DNA of 64,000 nucleotides from the NCBI GenBank assembly GCA_044226145.1, contig JBGAHN010000003.1, positions 22,536 to 86,535 on the forward strand, given 5' to 3'. The notes beneath the pieces are model-generated. The model saw nothing but the letters and a program-made list of their open reading frames with translations. It did no database searches and was not told the origin of the DNA. Source of the stretch: Labilithrix sp. Lineage in GTDB: Bacteria > Myxococcota_A > Polyangia > Polyangiales > Polyangiaceae. Within the stretch, counting starts at the first letter, position 1. Each line of letters opens with the position of its first letter. The translations under genes and the position numbers were made by a program. This document shows positions 1-9,500 of the stretch, one piece after another.

Positions 1-1
1 G

Positions 2-805
2 CTCCTTGAGCGGCGCGGTGAGCGGCGACGGCAACGCGAAGCGCGTGCTGAGCTCCGGCAGCTGGTTCTTCGCCTCGTTGAACTCGTCGAGCTGGCGCAG
101 GCCCTCCATGAGGAGCTCTTGCACGCCGAGGTTCATCTCGTTCGGGAACTCGCGCTCGTCCGGCGGATCGAGATCGAACAACCCCTTTTGCCACGTGAGC
201 ATCCGGAAGATGCTCTTCATCGGCGGCACTTCGTCGAGATCGTTGATCGACGCGTAGTAGATGACGCCCTTGCGCAGGTAGATCTTGCCGACGTCGTCCG
301 TCTCGGTGCGGACCACGAGGACGCCGTTCTTCTTCGACGTCGAGAAGAGCTGGAGCAAGTCGGGCAGCGGCACCTCTTCGATGCTGCCGCTCATCGTCCG
401 CGCCTGCGTCGTGCGGCGCGCGGCGGCGACGTTCTCCAGATCGCGCTTGGCGTCCATGCTCTCGGTGCGCGGGCCTTCCGTCGCGGCGATCACCTTGAGG
501 ATGCTCGTGCCGATGAGGACGCGATCGCCCTCCTTGAGGCGCGCGCGCTTGATCTTCTCACCGTTGACGAACGTGCCGTTCGTCGAGCCGAGGTCTTCGA
601 TCCAGATCTGATCGCCCTGCATGTTGATGCGCGCATGCTTGCGGCTCACCATGTCTTCGACGAGCACCATGTCGAGATCGCTCGAGCGACCGACGATGAT
701 GACGGGCTTCTCGCTCCCGATCGGAAACTCCCCGCCTTGGTACTTGCCGCTGATGAACCGCAAGACGTAGGAGCGAGCTCCCGCTCCGGGACGCATCGAC
801 GACAT
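2..805 (-). CDS. FHA domain + DUF4388 domain protein (3' end runs off the window)
   Basis: Not in the ORF track; read manually on the minus strand from ATG 805: MSSMRPGAGARSYVLRFISGKYQGGEF...IVGRSSDLDMVLVEDMVSRKHARI...EDLGSTNGTFVNG (canonical FHA GR/SxxH/NG), then MSGSIEEVPLPDLLQLFSTSKKNGVLVV (DUF4388-type). Confidence 0.85.
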   Translation of the reverse strand, partial: MSSMRPGAGARSYVLRFISGKYQGGEFPIGSEKPVIIVGRSSDLDMVLVEDMVSRKHARINMQGDQIWIEDLGSTNGTFVNGEKIKRARLKEGDRVLIGTSILKVIAATEGPRTESMDAKRDLENVAAARRTTQARTMSGSIEEVPLPDLLQLFSTSKKNGVLVVRTETDDVGKIYLRKGVIYYASINDLDEVPPMKSIFRMLTWQKGLFDLDPPDEREFPNEMNLGVQELLMEGLRQLDEFNEAKNQLPELSTRFALPSPLTAPLKE

Positions 806-977
806 GGAGGATGCCTTCTGGGCAGGATCTTGCATCGTGAGGGAAAAACCGAGGGACGGAGGTGAAGCTCGAAAGCGGCGTCGGGCTCGCGCGGCGGACG
901 GATCAGGCGTCCGGAAACGTTCGCCAAATACCAAACAGAAGACTAACGAGGCCGACCAAAGATGGTCAAGTCGCGGT

Positions 978-2195
978 ATGGAAACCGACGAGGCCATGGC
1001 GTCGGAGAAGAACGACAAGGAGCACACGGGTGCGGAGGGGTCCGGAGCCCGTTCCGAGTCGATTTCGGGCCCGCTTTCGGGGCACGCGTTCGCGCCACGA
1101 CGTGTTTTCGACGACGAAGGCGACGCTTTCGGCACCCACCGCGCGATCGAGCCGCGTCGAGCGCTGCCGCAGCCGGCCGAGCGCGTGGACAACGATTTTT
1201 CACGGCTTTTCGCCGGTGAGCTCCTCCTTTCCGTCGACACGCTGAACATCGACGCGGCGAGCTTCCGCCAAATGGAGGAGCACGACGCGGGCGCCGGATC
1301 CGCGGAATCGGAGTCCACGGAGTCCATCGAGGACCGCGTCGGGAAACGTGTGCTCGAGACGGTTCGGGCGCGCGGCAAACAGCACAACCCCGTGACGGGC
1401 TCGGGCGGGATGCTCCTCGGGCGCGTCCTCCAGGTGGCGAAAGGCCATCCGTCGACGACCGGCGAGGCGGAGCCGCTCGCTCCCGGCGATCGCGTCGCCA
1501 CGCTGGTTTCCCTGTCGCTGACCCCGCTCCGGGTCGATCGCGTGCGCGACGTGCGCCGGGAAAGCGCGCAGCTCGACGTCGAAGGCGAAGCCGTTTTGTT
1601 CGCGAGCGGTGCTTACGCGCGCCTGCCAGACGATCTCCCGGAGCGCCTCGCCCTCGCCGTCCTCGACGTGGCCGGCGCGGCGCCTCAAGTGGCCCGACTC
1701 GCGGCCCCAGGATCGTGCGTGTGCATCCTGGGCGCGGGCGGAAAGAGCGGCATCCTGTGCGCGGCCGAAGCGCGGCGGCAGGTAGGTCCGAGTGGGCGCG
1801 TCATCGGCGTCGAGAGCCATGCGCCGTACGCGGACGATCTGCGTCGCCTCGGCTACTGCACGGACGTTCTGACGCTCGACGCGCGCGATCCCGTGGCCGT
1901 CCGCCGCGCGGTCCTCGACGCCAACGGAGGCCGCGAGGTCGATCTCGCCTTGTCGTGCGTGAACGTGACCGACGCCGAGATGAGCGCCGTGCTCGTCACG
2001 CGCGATCGCGGCCGATGCTACTTCTTCGCGATGTCGACGAGCTTCACGAAGGCGGCCCTCGGCGCGGAGGGCGTCGGCAAGGACGTCGAGCTGATCATCG
2101 GAAACGGCTTCGCGCACGGACACGCCGCGCACACGCTCGCGATGATGCGCGATTTCCCCGAGCTCCGCGCCCTGTTCGAAAAACGCTACGGCTGA
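978..2195 (+). CDS. kdd: L-erythro-3,5-diaminohexanoate dehydrogenase (lysine degradation)
   Basis: Motifs FGTHRAIEP..ALPQPA, TLNIDAASF, KQHNPVTGSGGMLLG, LVSLSLTPL, VLDVAGA, GAGGKSG, YFFAMSTSF match the Kdd family as I recall it; start uncertain (ATG 978 or 996; the track start at 804 is probably too long). Confidence 0.85.
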   Translation: METDEAMASEKNDKEHTGAEGSGARSESISGPLSGHAFAPRRVFDDEGDAFGTHRAIEPRRALPQPAERVDNDFSRLFAGELLLSVDTLNIDAASFRQMEEHDAGAGSAESESTESIEDRVGKRVLETVRARGKQHNPVTGSGGMLLGRVLQVAKGHPSTTGEAEPLAPGDRVATLVSLSLTPLRVDRVRDVRRESAQLDVEGEAVLFASGAYARLPDDLPERLALAVLDVAGAAPQVARLAAPGSCVCILGAGGKSGILCAAEARRQVGPSGRVIGVESHAPYADDLRRLGYCTDVLTLDARDPVAVRRAVLDANGGREVDLALSCVNVTDAEMSAVLVTRDRGRCYFFAMSTSFTKAALGAEGVGKDVELIIGNGFAHGHAAHTLAMMRDFPELRALFEKRYG

Positions 2196-2249
2196 CGCGC
2201 GCGAGGACGGCACGCGCCGAGGACGGCCCGGCGCCGCGCCCTTCTTCGA

Positions 2250-2278
2250 TTGACGGGCCCCTCCGCGCGAGGTTGGAT
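2250..2278 (+). promoter_or_regulatory. Putative sigma70-type promoter for fhs (TTGACG-17-TTGGAT), 8 nt before ATG
   Basis: Near-consensus -35 with 17-nt spacing; weak -10; no SD before ATG 2287. Confidence 0.3.
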
Positions 2279-2286
2279 CCGCCGCC

Positions 2287-3969
2287 ATGACCCACGCCCC
2301 GCGCTCGATCGACGACGTCGCCAAGGAACTCGGACTCGGACGCGACGACTACGAGGTCTACGGTCGCGGCAAGGCGAAGCTCGAGCTGTCGCTGCTCGAC
2401 GCCACGTCGACGACGCCGACGAAGAAGGGGCGGCTCGTGCTCGTGACGGCGATCAACCCGACGCCCGCGGGCGAAGGCAAGACGACCACGTCGATCGGCC
2501 TGGCGATGGGGCTCCGGCGCATCGGCAAGGACGCCATCTTGGCGCTGCGCGAGCCGTCGCTCGGTCCGGTGTTCGGCGTCAAAGGCGGAGGCACGGGCGG
2601 AGGCAAGGCGTCGCTCACGCCCGCCGACGACATCAACCTCCACTTCACGGGCGACATCCACGCCATCACGACGGCGCACAACCTGCTCTCGGCGCTCGTC
2701 GACAACGCCTTGCACTTCCACGACGAAATCGACGGCAAGGGTGAGCTCGATCCGCGGCAAGTCACGTGGGGGCGCGCGCTCGACATGAACGACCGCTCGC
2801 TCCGCAAGTGCGTCGTCGGGCTCGGCGGCAAGACCGGCGGCGTCCCGCGCGAAGAGCGCTTCGACATCACGGCGGCGAGCGAAATCATGGCGATTTTGGC
2901 GCTCTCGTCGAGCTACGCCGACCTCGAAGAGCGCCTCTCGCGCGTCGTCGTCGGCAGCACCTACGAAGGACATCCCGTCACGGCCGGCGACCTTCAGGCA
3001 TCGCGCGCGATGACCGCCGTGCTGCGCGACGCGCTCAAGCCGAACCTCGTCCAGACCGCCGAGGGCGGACCGGCCATCGTCCACTGCGGGCCGTTCGGCA
3101 ACATCGCGCACGGGTGCAACAGCGTGCTCGCGACACGCCTGGCGACGAAGCTCGGCGACTACGCCATCACCGAGGCGGGCTTCGGCTTCGATCTCGGCGG
3201 CGAGAAGTTCCTCGACATCAAGTGCCGGCAAGCGGGCCTCTGGCCGCGGGCGGTGGTGATCGTCGCGACGCTCCGCGCGCTCAAGATGCACGGCGGCGCC
3301 CCCGTGAAGACGTGCGCCGAGCCCGACGAGGCGAGCCTCGCGCGTGGCATCGAGCACCTCGAGAAGCACCTCGAGACCGCGCAGGCGTTCGGCCTCGTGC
3401 CGATCGTCGCGATCAACGTCTTCCCGAACGACACGGCCGGCGAGCTCGAGCTCGTCGAGCGCGCCGTGGAGAAGCTCGGCGCGCGGTTCGCCCGATCGGA
3501 GGGGTTCGGCAAGGGCGGCGAAGGAGCCATCGAGCTCGCGCGCGTCGTCGCCGAGGTGGTCGACGCGACGGACGCCGTCCCGCCGGCCCCGAAATACGTC
3601 TACGACTCGGCCGATCCGCCGAAGGAGAAGATCCGCAAGATCGCGCGCACCGTGTACGGGGCCGCGGACGCGCACTTCACGGCCGCCGCGGACAAGCAGC
3701 TCCGCCGGATGGTCGACCTCGGCCACGGCCAGCTCCCCATCTGCATGGCGAAGACGCAGATGTCGCTGAGCGACGATCCGGCGCTGTACGGCCGTCCGCG
3801 CGACTTCGTCGTGACGGTGCGCGAAGTGCGGCTCAGCGCGGGCGCGGGCTTCCTGGTGGCGCTCACGGGCGACATGATGACGATGCCGGGCTTGCCGCGC
3901 GTGCCCTCTTCGCGAGGCATCCGGCTCCTCGACGACGGCAAAATCAAAGGCCTGATGCAGAACGACTGA
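2287..3969 (+). CDS. fhs: Formate--tetrahydrofolate ligase
   Basis: TAINPTPAGEGKTTTSIGL, LREPSLGPVFGVKGGGTGGG, NLHFTGDIHAIT, HCGPFGNIAHG, ICMAKTQ, MTMPGLP signatures; 560 aa. Confidence 0.97.
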   Translation: MTHAPRSIDDVAKELGLGRDDYEVYGRGKAKLELSLLDATSTTPTKKGRLVLVTAINPTPAGEGKTTTSIGLAMGLRRIGKDAILALREPSLGPVFGVKGGGTGGGKASLTPADDINLHFTGDIHAITTAHNLLSALVDNALHFHDEIDGKGELDPRQVTWGRALDMNDRSLRKCVVGLGGKTGGVPREERFDITAASEIMAILALSSSYADLEERLSRVVVGSTYEGHPVTAGDLQASRAMTAVLRDALKPNLVQTAEGGPAIVHCGPFGNIAHGCNSVLATRLATKLGDYAITEAGFGFDLGGEKFLDIKCRQAGLWPRAVVIVATLRALKMHGGAPVKTCAEPDEASLARGIEHLEKHLETAQAFGLVPIVAINVFPNDTAGELELVERAVEKLGARFARSEGFGKGGEGAIELARVVAEVVDATDAVPPAPKYVYDSADPPKEKIRKIARTVYGAADAHFTAAADKQLRRMVDLGHGQLPICMAKTQMSLSDDPALYGRPRDFVVTVREVRLSAGAGFLVALTGDMMTMPGLPRVPSSRGIRLLDDGKIKGLMQND

Positions 3970-3978
3970 CGGCCGCCG

Positions 3979-6180
3979 TCACTCCGACTTCGGCAGCGAC
4001 TCGGCGGTCAGCGACGACGGCGGTGGCGTCGTCAACGACTCGCCCGCGCCCGGCAGTTGGATGACGAACTTGCTGCCGAACCCCGCCTGGCTCTGCACGT
4101 GGATGTTGCCGCCGGCGTTCTGCACGATGCTCTGGCTGATCGCGAGCCCGAGGCCGGTCCCCTGTTCTTTCGTCGTGAAGAACGGGACGAAGAGGTTCTT
4201 CAGGACCTTCTGGCTGATGCCGGGCCCCGTGTCCTGGACCGCGATCTCGACGATCTCGGGATCTTCGGTGCGCGCCAAGAACGACCGCTCGCTCGACGGC
4301 CCCGCGGAGATCCACGAGCTGCGCGGCGCGCGCCGCTGCGAGGTGCTGATCGTCACGCGTCCGCGCCCGTCCATCGCCTGGATGGCGTTCTGCACGAGGT
4401 TCAAGAGGACCTGCCGGAGCTTCTCGGGGTCGATGCGCGCGCGCGGCAGCGACTCGGCGAGCTCGAGGCGCACCTCCGTCTCCTCGCTCTTCTGGCTCGC
4501 GAGGATCTGCATCGTGCGACGGACCGCCGCGTTGATGTCGACGGGCACGGGGTTGCCCGCGTGCGGCCGCGCGTAGTCGAGGAAGCTCCCGACGACGCGG
4601 TTCAGCCGGTCGGTCTCTTCGAGGATGATGCCGAGGAACTCCTTGCTCGTCGGATCGCCCGCGCCGGCCTCCACTTCTTCGAGGAGCTGCGCCGCGCCCT
4701 TGATGGCGCCGAGCGGGTTCTTGACCTCGTGCGCGAGCCCCGCGGCCATCGATCCGAGCGCGGCGAGGCGATCGCGATCCTTCATGCGCGCGTAGATGCG
4801 GCTGTTCGCGATCGCGACGCCCATCTGCGCGGCGACCATCTCGAGGAGCGAAATCTCCTCCGGGGTGAACGCGTCGCGGACCCGCTCGTCGGCCACGCAC
4901 AAGAGTCCGACGAGCTCCTCGCCGTCGCCGCGGATCGCGAGCACGACCGCGCTCTGCAGCGGGCCGAGCGCCGCGGCGGCCGTCAAGAGAGGGGCCATCG
5001 CTTCCCGGACCGAAGCCGGCGCGCGTTCGTGCGAGCCCGCCTCCGCTTCCCGCGCGACTTCCTCGAGCGAGAGCGACAAGCCGAGCCGTTCGAGGAGCGG
5101 CCGCATCGCGAGCGTCTCGAGGCGAGGGCGCGGCGCCGCCCCGAACGAGCCCACGAGATCGAAGCCGGCGTCGTCCAAGTCCCGGAGGTACACGGCGCAC
5201 GACGTGACGCGTCGCGAGCGCTCGAGGCCCGCGAGGACGACTTGGATCATCTCCTCGTTCTCGAGCGTGTGCGCGAGCCTCCGCCGGAGCTCCATGACGC
5301 TCGTCTCGAGGTCGTAGCGTTCCCGGAAGAAAAAGCGATGGATGCGCGTCTCGACTTCATGCTCGAGCGGCTCGAACAAAACCAAGAAGACGATCGCGAC
5401 GAGGACGGCATTCAAATACATCGCGCCGAACCGGCCGATGTACGTGATGAAGAAATAGAAGATGCCCGCGAGCGCGAAGGCGAGCGCGGTCGACACCAGG
5501 AGCCGCCCGACGAGCTCGTAGAGATCCGCGAGGCGCGGGCGCGCGAGCGACTCGGCGAGCACGAAGAGGAAGATGACGGCGAGCACCGCGCCGATTGGCG
5601 GCAGGTACACGCCGAGGAACGAGACGAAGTCGGCCAGCGTGAACGTCATCGCCAGCGCACCGACGGTGGCGAGGAACCGCGTGCGATCGCGGACGGCACG
5701 CGACGGGCTCGCCTGGCCGCGCCGCCAGAGCGAGAGCAGCGCCGCGGCGAGGAGCCCGAAGACGTAGAGGTAGACCGCGCCGAGCACCAGCGCCCGCACC
5801 GCCGCCGACGCGCCTTGGTAAGGCGACAAGACGACGGCGAGCATCGGTACGCCGAGCGCCGCCGCCACGCGCCCGAGACGCGACCGAATCTTCGCGTCCG
5901 CCGGCGCCTCTTCGTCGATCGGCGTGATCGAGCGGAAAAGGTGCACCGCGAACTGCGGAAGGAGCACCGTCAATACGCCCGTCGCGCGCTCGAAGATCGC
6001 CTTCTGCGCGTCCTGCATGAGGTCCGCGAGCGATTGGCTCACGTACCAGAAGGCGAGGCACGTCGAGAACGCCGCGAACAACCAGTGCTGGGTGCGACGC
6101 CCGCGGAGGAGCATCGAGAGCCCGATCGCGAACGCGATGACGCCGCAGAAGAGGGTCGTTCGTGCGCGAAGATCACCCAC
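3979..6180 (-). CDS. Multi-pass membrane sensor histidine kinase with GAF-like domain
   Basis: Several N-terminal TM segments; H-box LAHEVKNPL, N-box NLVQNAIQAM, DTGPGI, FVPFFTTK, GTGLGL; no receiver domain. Confidence 0.92.
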   Translation of the reverse strand: MGDLRARTTLFCGVIAFAIGLSMLLRGRRTQHWLFAAFSTCLAFWYVSQSLADLMQDAQKAIFERATGVLTVLLPQFAVHLFRSITPIDEEAPADAKIRSRLGRVAAALGVPMLAVVLSPYQGASAAVRALVLGAVYLYVFGLLAAALLSLWRRGQASPSRAVRDRTRFLATVGALAMTFTLADFVSFLGVYLPPIGAVLAVIFLFVLAESLARPRLADLYELVGRLLVSTALAFALAGIFYFFITYIGRFGAMYLNAVLVAIVFLVLFEPLEHEVETRIHRFFFRERYDLETSVMELRRRLAHTLENEEMIQVVLAGLERSRRVTSCAVYLRDLDDAGFDLVGSFGAAPRPRLETLAMRPLLERLGLSLSLEEVAREAEAGSHERAPASVREAMAPLLTAAAALGPLQSAVVLAIRGDGEELVGLLCVADERVRDAFTPEEISLLEMVAAQMGVAIANSRIYARMKDRDRLAALGSMAAGLAHEVKNPLGAIKGAAQLLEEVEAGAGDPTSKEFLGIILEETDRLNRVVGSFLDYARPHAGNPVPVDINAAVRRTMQILASQKSEETEVRLELAESLPRARIDPEKLRQVLLNLVQNAIQAMDGRGRVTISTSQRRAPRSSWISAGPSSERSFLARTEDPEIVEIAVQDTGPGISQKVLKNLFVPFFTTKEQGTGLGLAISQSIVQNAGGNIHVQSQAGFGSKFVIQLPGAGESLTTPPPSSLTAESLPKSE

Positions 6181-6269
6181 GCGGCAAGGCTACAGCGGTC
6201 CCGTGGGTCGAACCGCGGATTTCGTCGGGATGGATGAGCCGACGAAAAAGCTGCGCCGATGCGCGACGA

Positions 6270-6584
6270 CTACTTCGACGAGCCCGAGCCCGAGCGTTGG
6301 CCGCTGCCACGGCTCGGCGAGCCCGACCAAGGCACGGGATTGGGTCCCTGGGTTTCGCCTTTGTTCGGAGCGAACGACTCGAACTGCCGAAGGTTGGCGT
6401 CGAGGGCAAACGGACCCTTCGTCGAAGATCCGCCCGCGTTCGAATCGTCGTCGCCAGGTGCGGTCGACGAGACGTCGCTCTCCAACGTCTGTTCGTCGTC
6501 TTCGGCGCCCGTTTGCACGGCGCACGCCGGGAGCGCGAACGCGAGGAGAAGAAGGCAGCGCGAAAAGATCCCGAACCGGTTCAT
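6270..6584 (-). CDS. Small exported lipoprotein/peptide (104 aa), unknown function
   Basis: ATG at 6584 overlaps the upstream TGA (ATGA); MNRFGIFSRCLLLLAFALPA-C has signal peptide plus lipobox-like LPAC; acidic linker, then QGPNPVPW and a Ser/Gly tail. Confidence 0.75.
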   Translation of the reverse strand: MNRFGIFSRCLLLLAFALPACAVQTGAEDDEQTLESDVSSTAPGDDDSNAGGSSTKGPFALDANLRQFESFAPNKGETQGPNPVPWSGSPSRGSGQRSGSGSSK

Positions 6585-9500
6585 GAGCTTCCCTCGGAAG
6601 AATACGCCGAAAGTCCGTACTGTTTCACGAGTTGTGACAAACGCGGACGTTTCATGCCCAAAAGCGACGCCGCCCGCGTGATATTCCCTTGTGTTTCCGA
6701 AAGCGCCCGGGCGATGCAATCCCGCTCGATTTGACGCTTCATGTCGGAAAGTGAGACGGTCCCCTGCCGGACGCACGAGTACGCGGCCGACGTGACACCG
6801 GACTCTTCTTCGGGGAGCACACCGCTCACGTCGTCGTCGCCGAACACCTCGCCCGAGAGGCTCGCCGGGGGCGGCGGCAGGAGGCTGCCTCGGATCGACA
6901 GCGACGGCGGCGGCTGCGACGCGGGGCCGGATTGCGCGAGCTCGCGGAGATCGTCGACGTTGTCGATGAGGTCGCCCATGCGAATCTCGGAGCCTTCCGC
7001 GAACAGCGACACCGCGCGGAGCACGTTTTCGAGCTCGCGAACGTTGCCCGGCCACCGGTGGCGGCTGAGCAAATCCACGGCGTCGCGCGCGAGCGTCTTC
7101 GGCGACTCGTCGCGCTCGGCGGCGATGCGCGCGAGCAGGTGTTCCGCGATTTTCGGCAGATCGCCGATGCGCGCGCGCAGGGCCGGGACCTCGAGCGTGA
7201 TGCCCCGGAGCCGGTAGTAGAGATCCTCGCGGAACTCGCCGCGCTCGACCATCGCCCGGAGATCGCGGTGCGTCGCGCAGATGATCCGGACGTTGGCGCG
7301 GATCGACTGCGTCCCGCCGACGCGCTCGAAGGTCTTCTCTTGGAGCACGCGCAGGAGGGCGACCTGCGTGCGCGGGGAGATGTCGCCGATCTCGTCGAGG
7401 AAGAGCGTGCCTCCTTCGGCGAGCTCGAAGCGTCCGCGACGGCGCGCGCTCGCGCCGGTGAACGCGCCTTTTTCATGACCGAAGAGCTCCGACAGGAGGA
7501 GCGTCTCGACCAGCGCCGCGCAGTTGACGCTGACGAGCGGTCCCGTCGCCCGATCGCTCGCGCGATGAAGGGCCTCGGCCACGAGCTCCTTGCCCGTGCC
7601 GCTCTCGCCGCGGACGAGCACGGTGGCGTTCGAACGCGCCACTTTTCGAATGGCGGTGTTGAGCGCACGAATCGACGGATCGTCGCCGACGAGCTCGCGG
7701 GCCATGCCGGTATCGTTCGACACCGGCATGCGCGAAAGCGGCGCGATCTCGTCTTCCGACTTCAGCTCGCAATCCGCCAACGACGTCGAGAGGCGCGAGA
7801 TCGCGACGACGTCGGCCTTGGCGAGGTACGCGGCGCGCACGTCGGGAGGAAGCGTCGCCGCGATTTGATCCCGAAGCGCGGTGGCGCGGCCGATCTGCGC
7901 CTGGGCGTCGAGGACGTTGCCTTGATCGCGGGAGATGGTCGACAGCAGGAGGTAGATCTCGGCGAGGAGATCGACTTCCTTCGCCTCGTGGACGAGGGCG
8001 CACGCGTCGCGCGCCGCATCGAACGCGGGCTTGCCCACGGCGCGGAGATGATGCGCCGCCAGGATCGCGAACTCGGCCTTCGCGCGGGCGCTCTTCACGG
8101 TCTTGGAGGCGTGCGCCAACATCGCTTCGGCGCCGCGGACGTCGCCTTCCTCGAGGGCGATGCGAACCGAAACCGCGCGGATGACCTCGATCGTCTGAAA
8201 ATCGCGCGAAACTTCGGCGTCGATGAGCGCGGCTTCGATCTCGCGACGCGCGAGCTCGCTGTTCCCGCGAGCCAGCGCGATTTGGGCAGCCACGCGCTTG
8301 AAGTTGGCGGACAACGTCGGGATGGACTTCGTGGCGACGCCGCTCGAGAGCAGGCGGCGGCCGAACGCGACGCCGTGCTCCGCGTGGGCGATGAGGCCGA
8401 GGAAAAGCCTGACGTCGGCGAGGTTCGTGATGGACGTCAGCGCGAGACGAGGACCGAGCACGGAGTGCGGGTATCGGACCGTCGCCTCCCAATGCGCGAG
8501 CGCGCCGCCGTAATCCCGCTGGCTGAACGCGATGACGCCGAGGTTCAGGTGCGCGTGCGCGACGGCCTGATCGATGCCCCAACGTTCGCCGTCTTCGCGG
8601 ACGAGCTCGAGGATGGCGCGGGCGTCGTCGAGCGCGCCCTTCGACAAGAGCGCGATGCCGCGGTTGACGCGCGCGCGGAGCTCGGAAGAACGTTCGCCCG
8701 CCGCCGAAGCATCGAGCGCGTCTTCGGCGAACGACGCGTCGGCTTCGTCCCAACGACCTTCCGCGAGGAGGACCTTGCCGATGGTGTTGCGCACCGCGAG
8801 CTTCGTGTGCGCGGACTTCGTCGACGCCATCGCGCGTTCGGCACACGCCGTCGCGTCCGCGAGCTGGCCGGCGAGGTAGTCGACCTCCGCGAGCTCCGCG
8901 AACGTCTTCGCGCGCAGCTCCGCGTCCTGCGTGAGCGAGAGCGCCTTGTTCAACGAGATGCGCGCCGCGACGATGTCGCCGAGCGCCGCCAGCGCGCGCC
9001 CCATGAGGAGCGACACCGTCGGCTCGGCCGCGTCGATGGCGGCCGCGCTCTCGCACCAACGCTGCGCCTCGCGCGCTTCACCGATCGCGAGCGCGCGCTC
9101 GGCCGCGCGGACACGGAGCGCGAGCCCCGCTTCGCCGCGGACGGTTTCCAGCGCGTCGAGCCAGGTCCGACCGATCTCGCGCGCGGCCTTCGGGTCGGAC
9201 GCCGCGCGAAGGGCCTTGTCCATCGCCACGTCGGCGTCGTCGATCCGTCCCGCGCCGACCAAGAGCTCGGCGGCGCGCGCGTACGCCCACGGATCGGGCG
9301 TCGTGCCGGGGCCCGCGAGCAGGTGCGCGGCTTCGACCTGGAGGTCTTGCAGATCGAGCTCGCCCTGGACCTTGGAGACCCACGGCAGCACCGTCACGAG
9401 CGACTCGTTCCGGACGACGGCGCCGCTCGCCACGAGCTCGTCGATCGCGTCGTTCGCCGCGATGACGGAGAGCGGCAACGAACGCCCCGCGAGGACGAGG

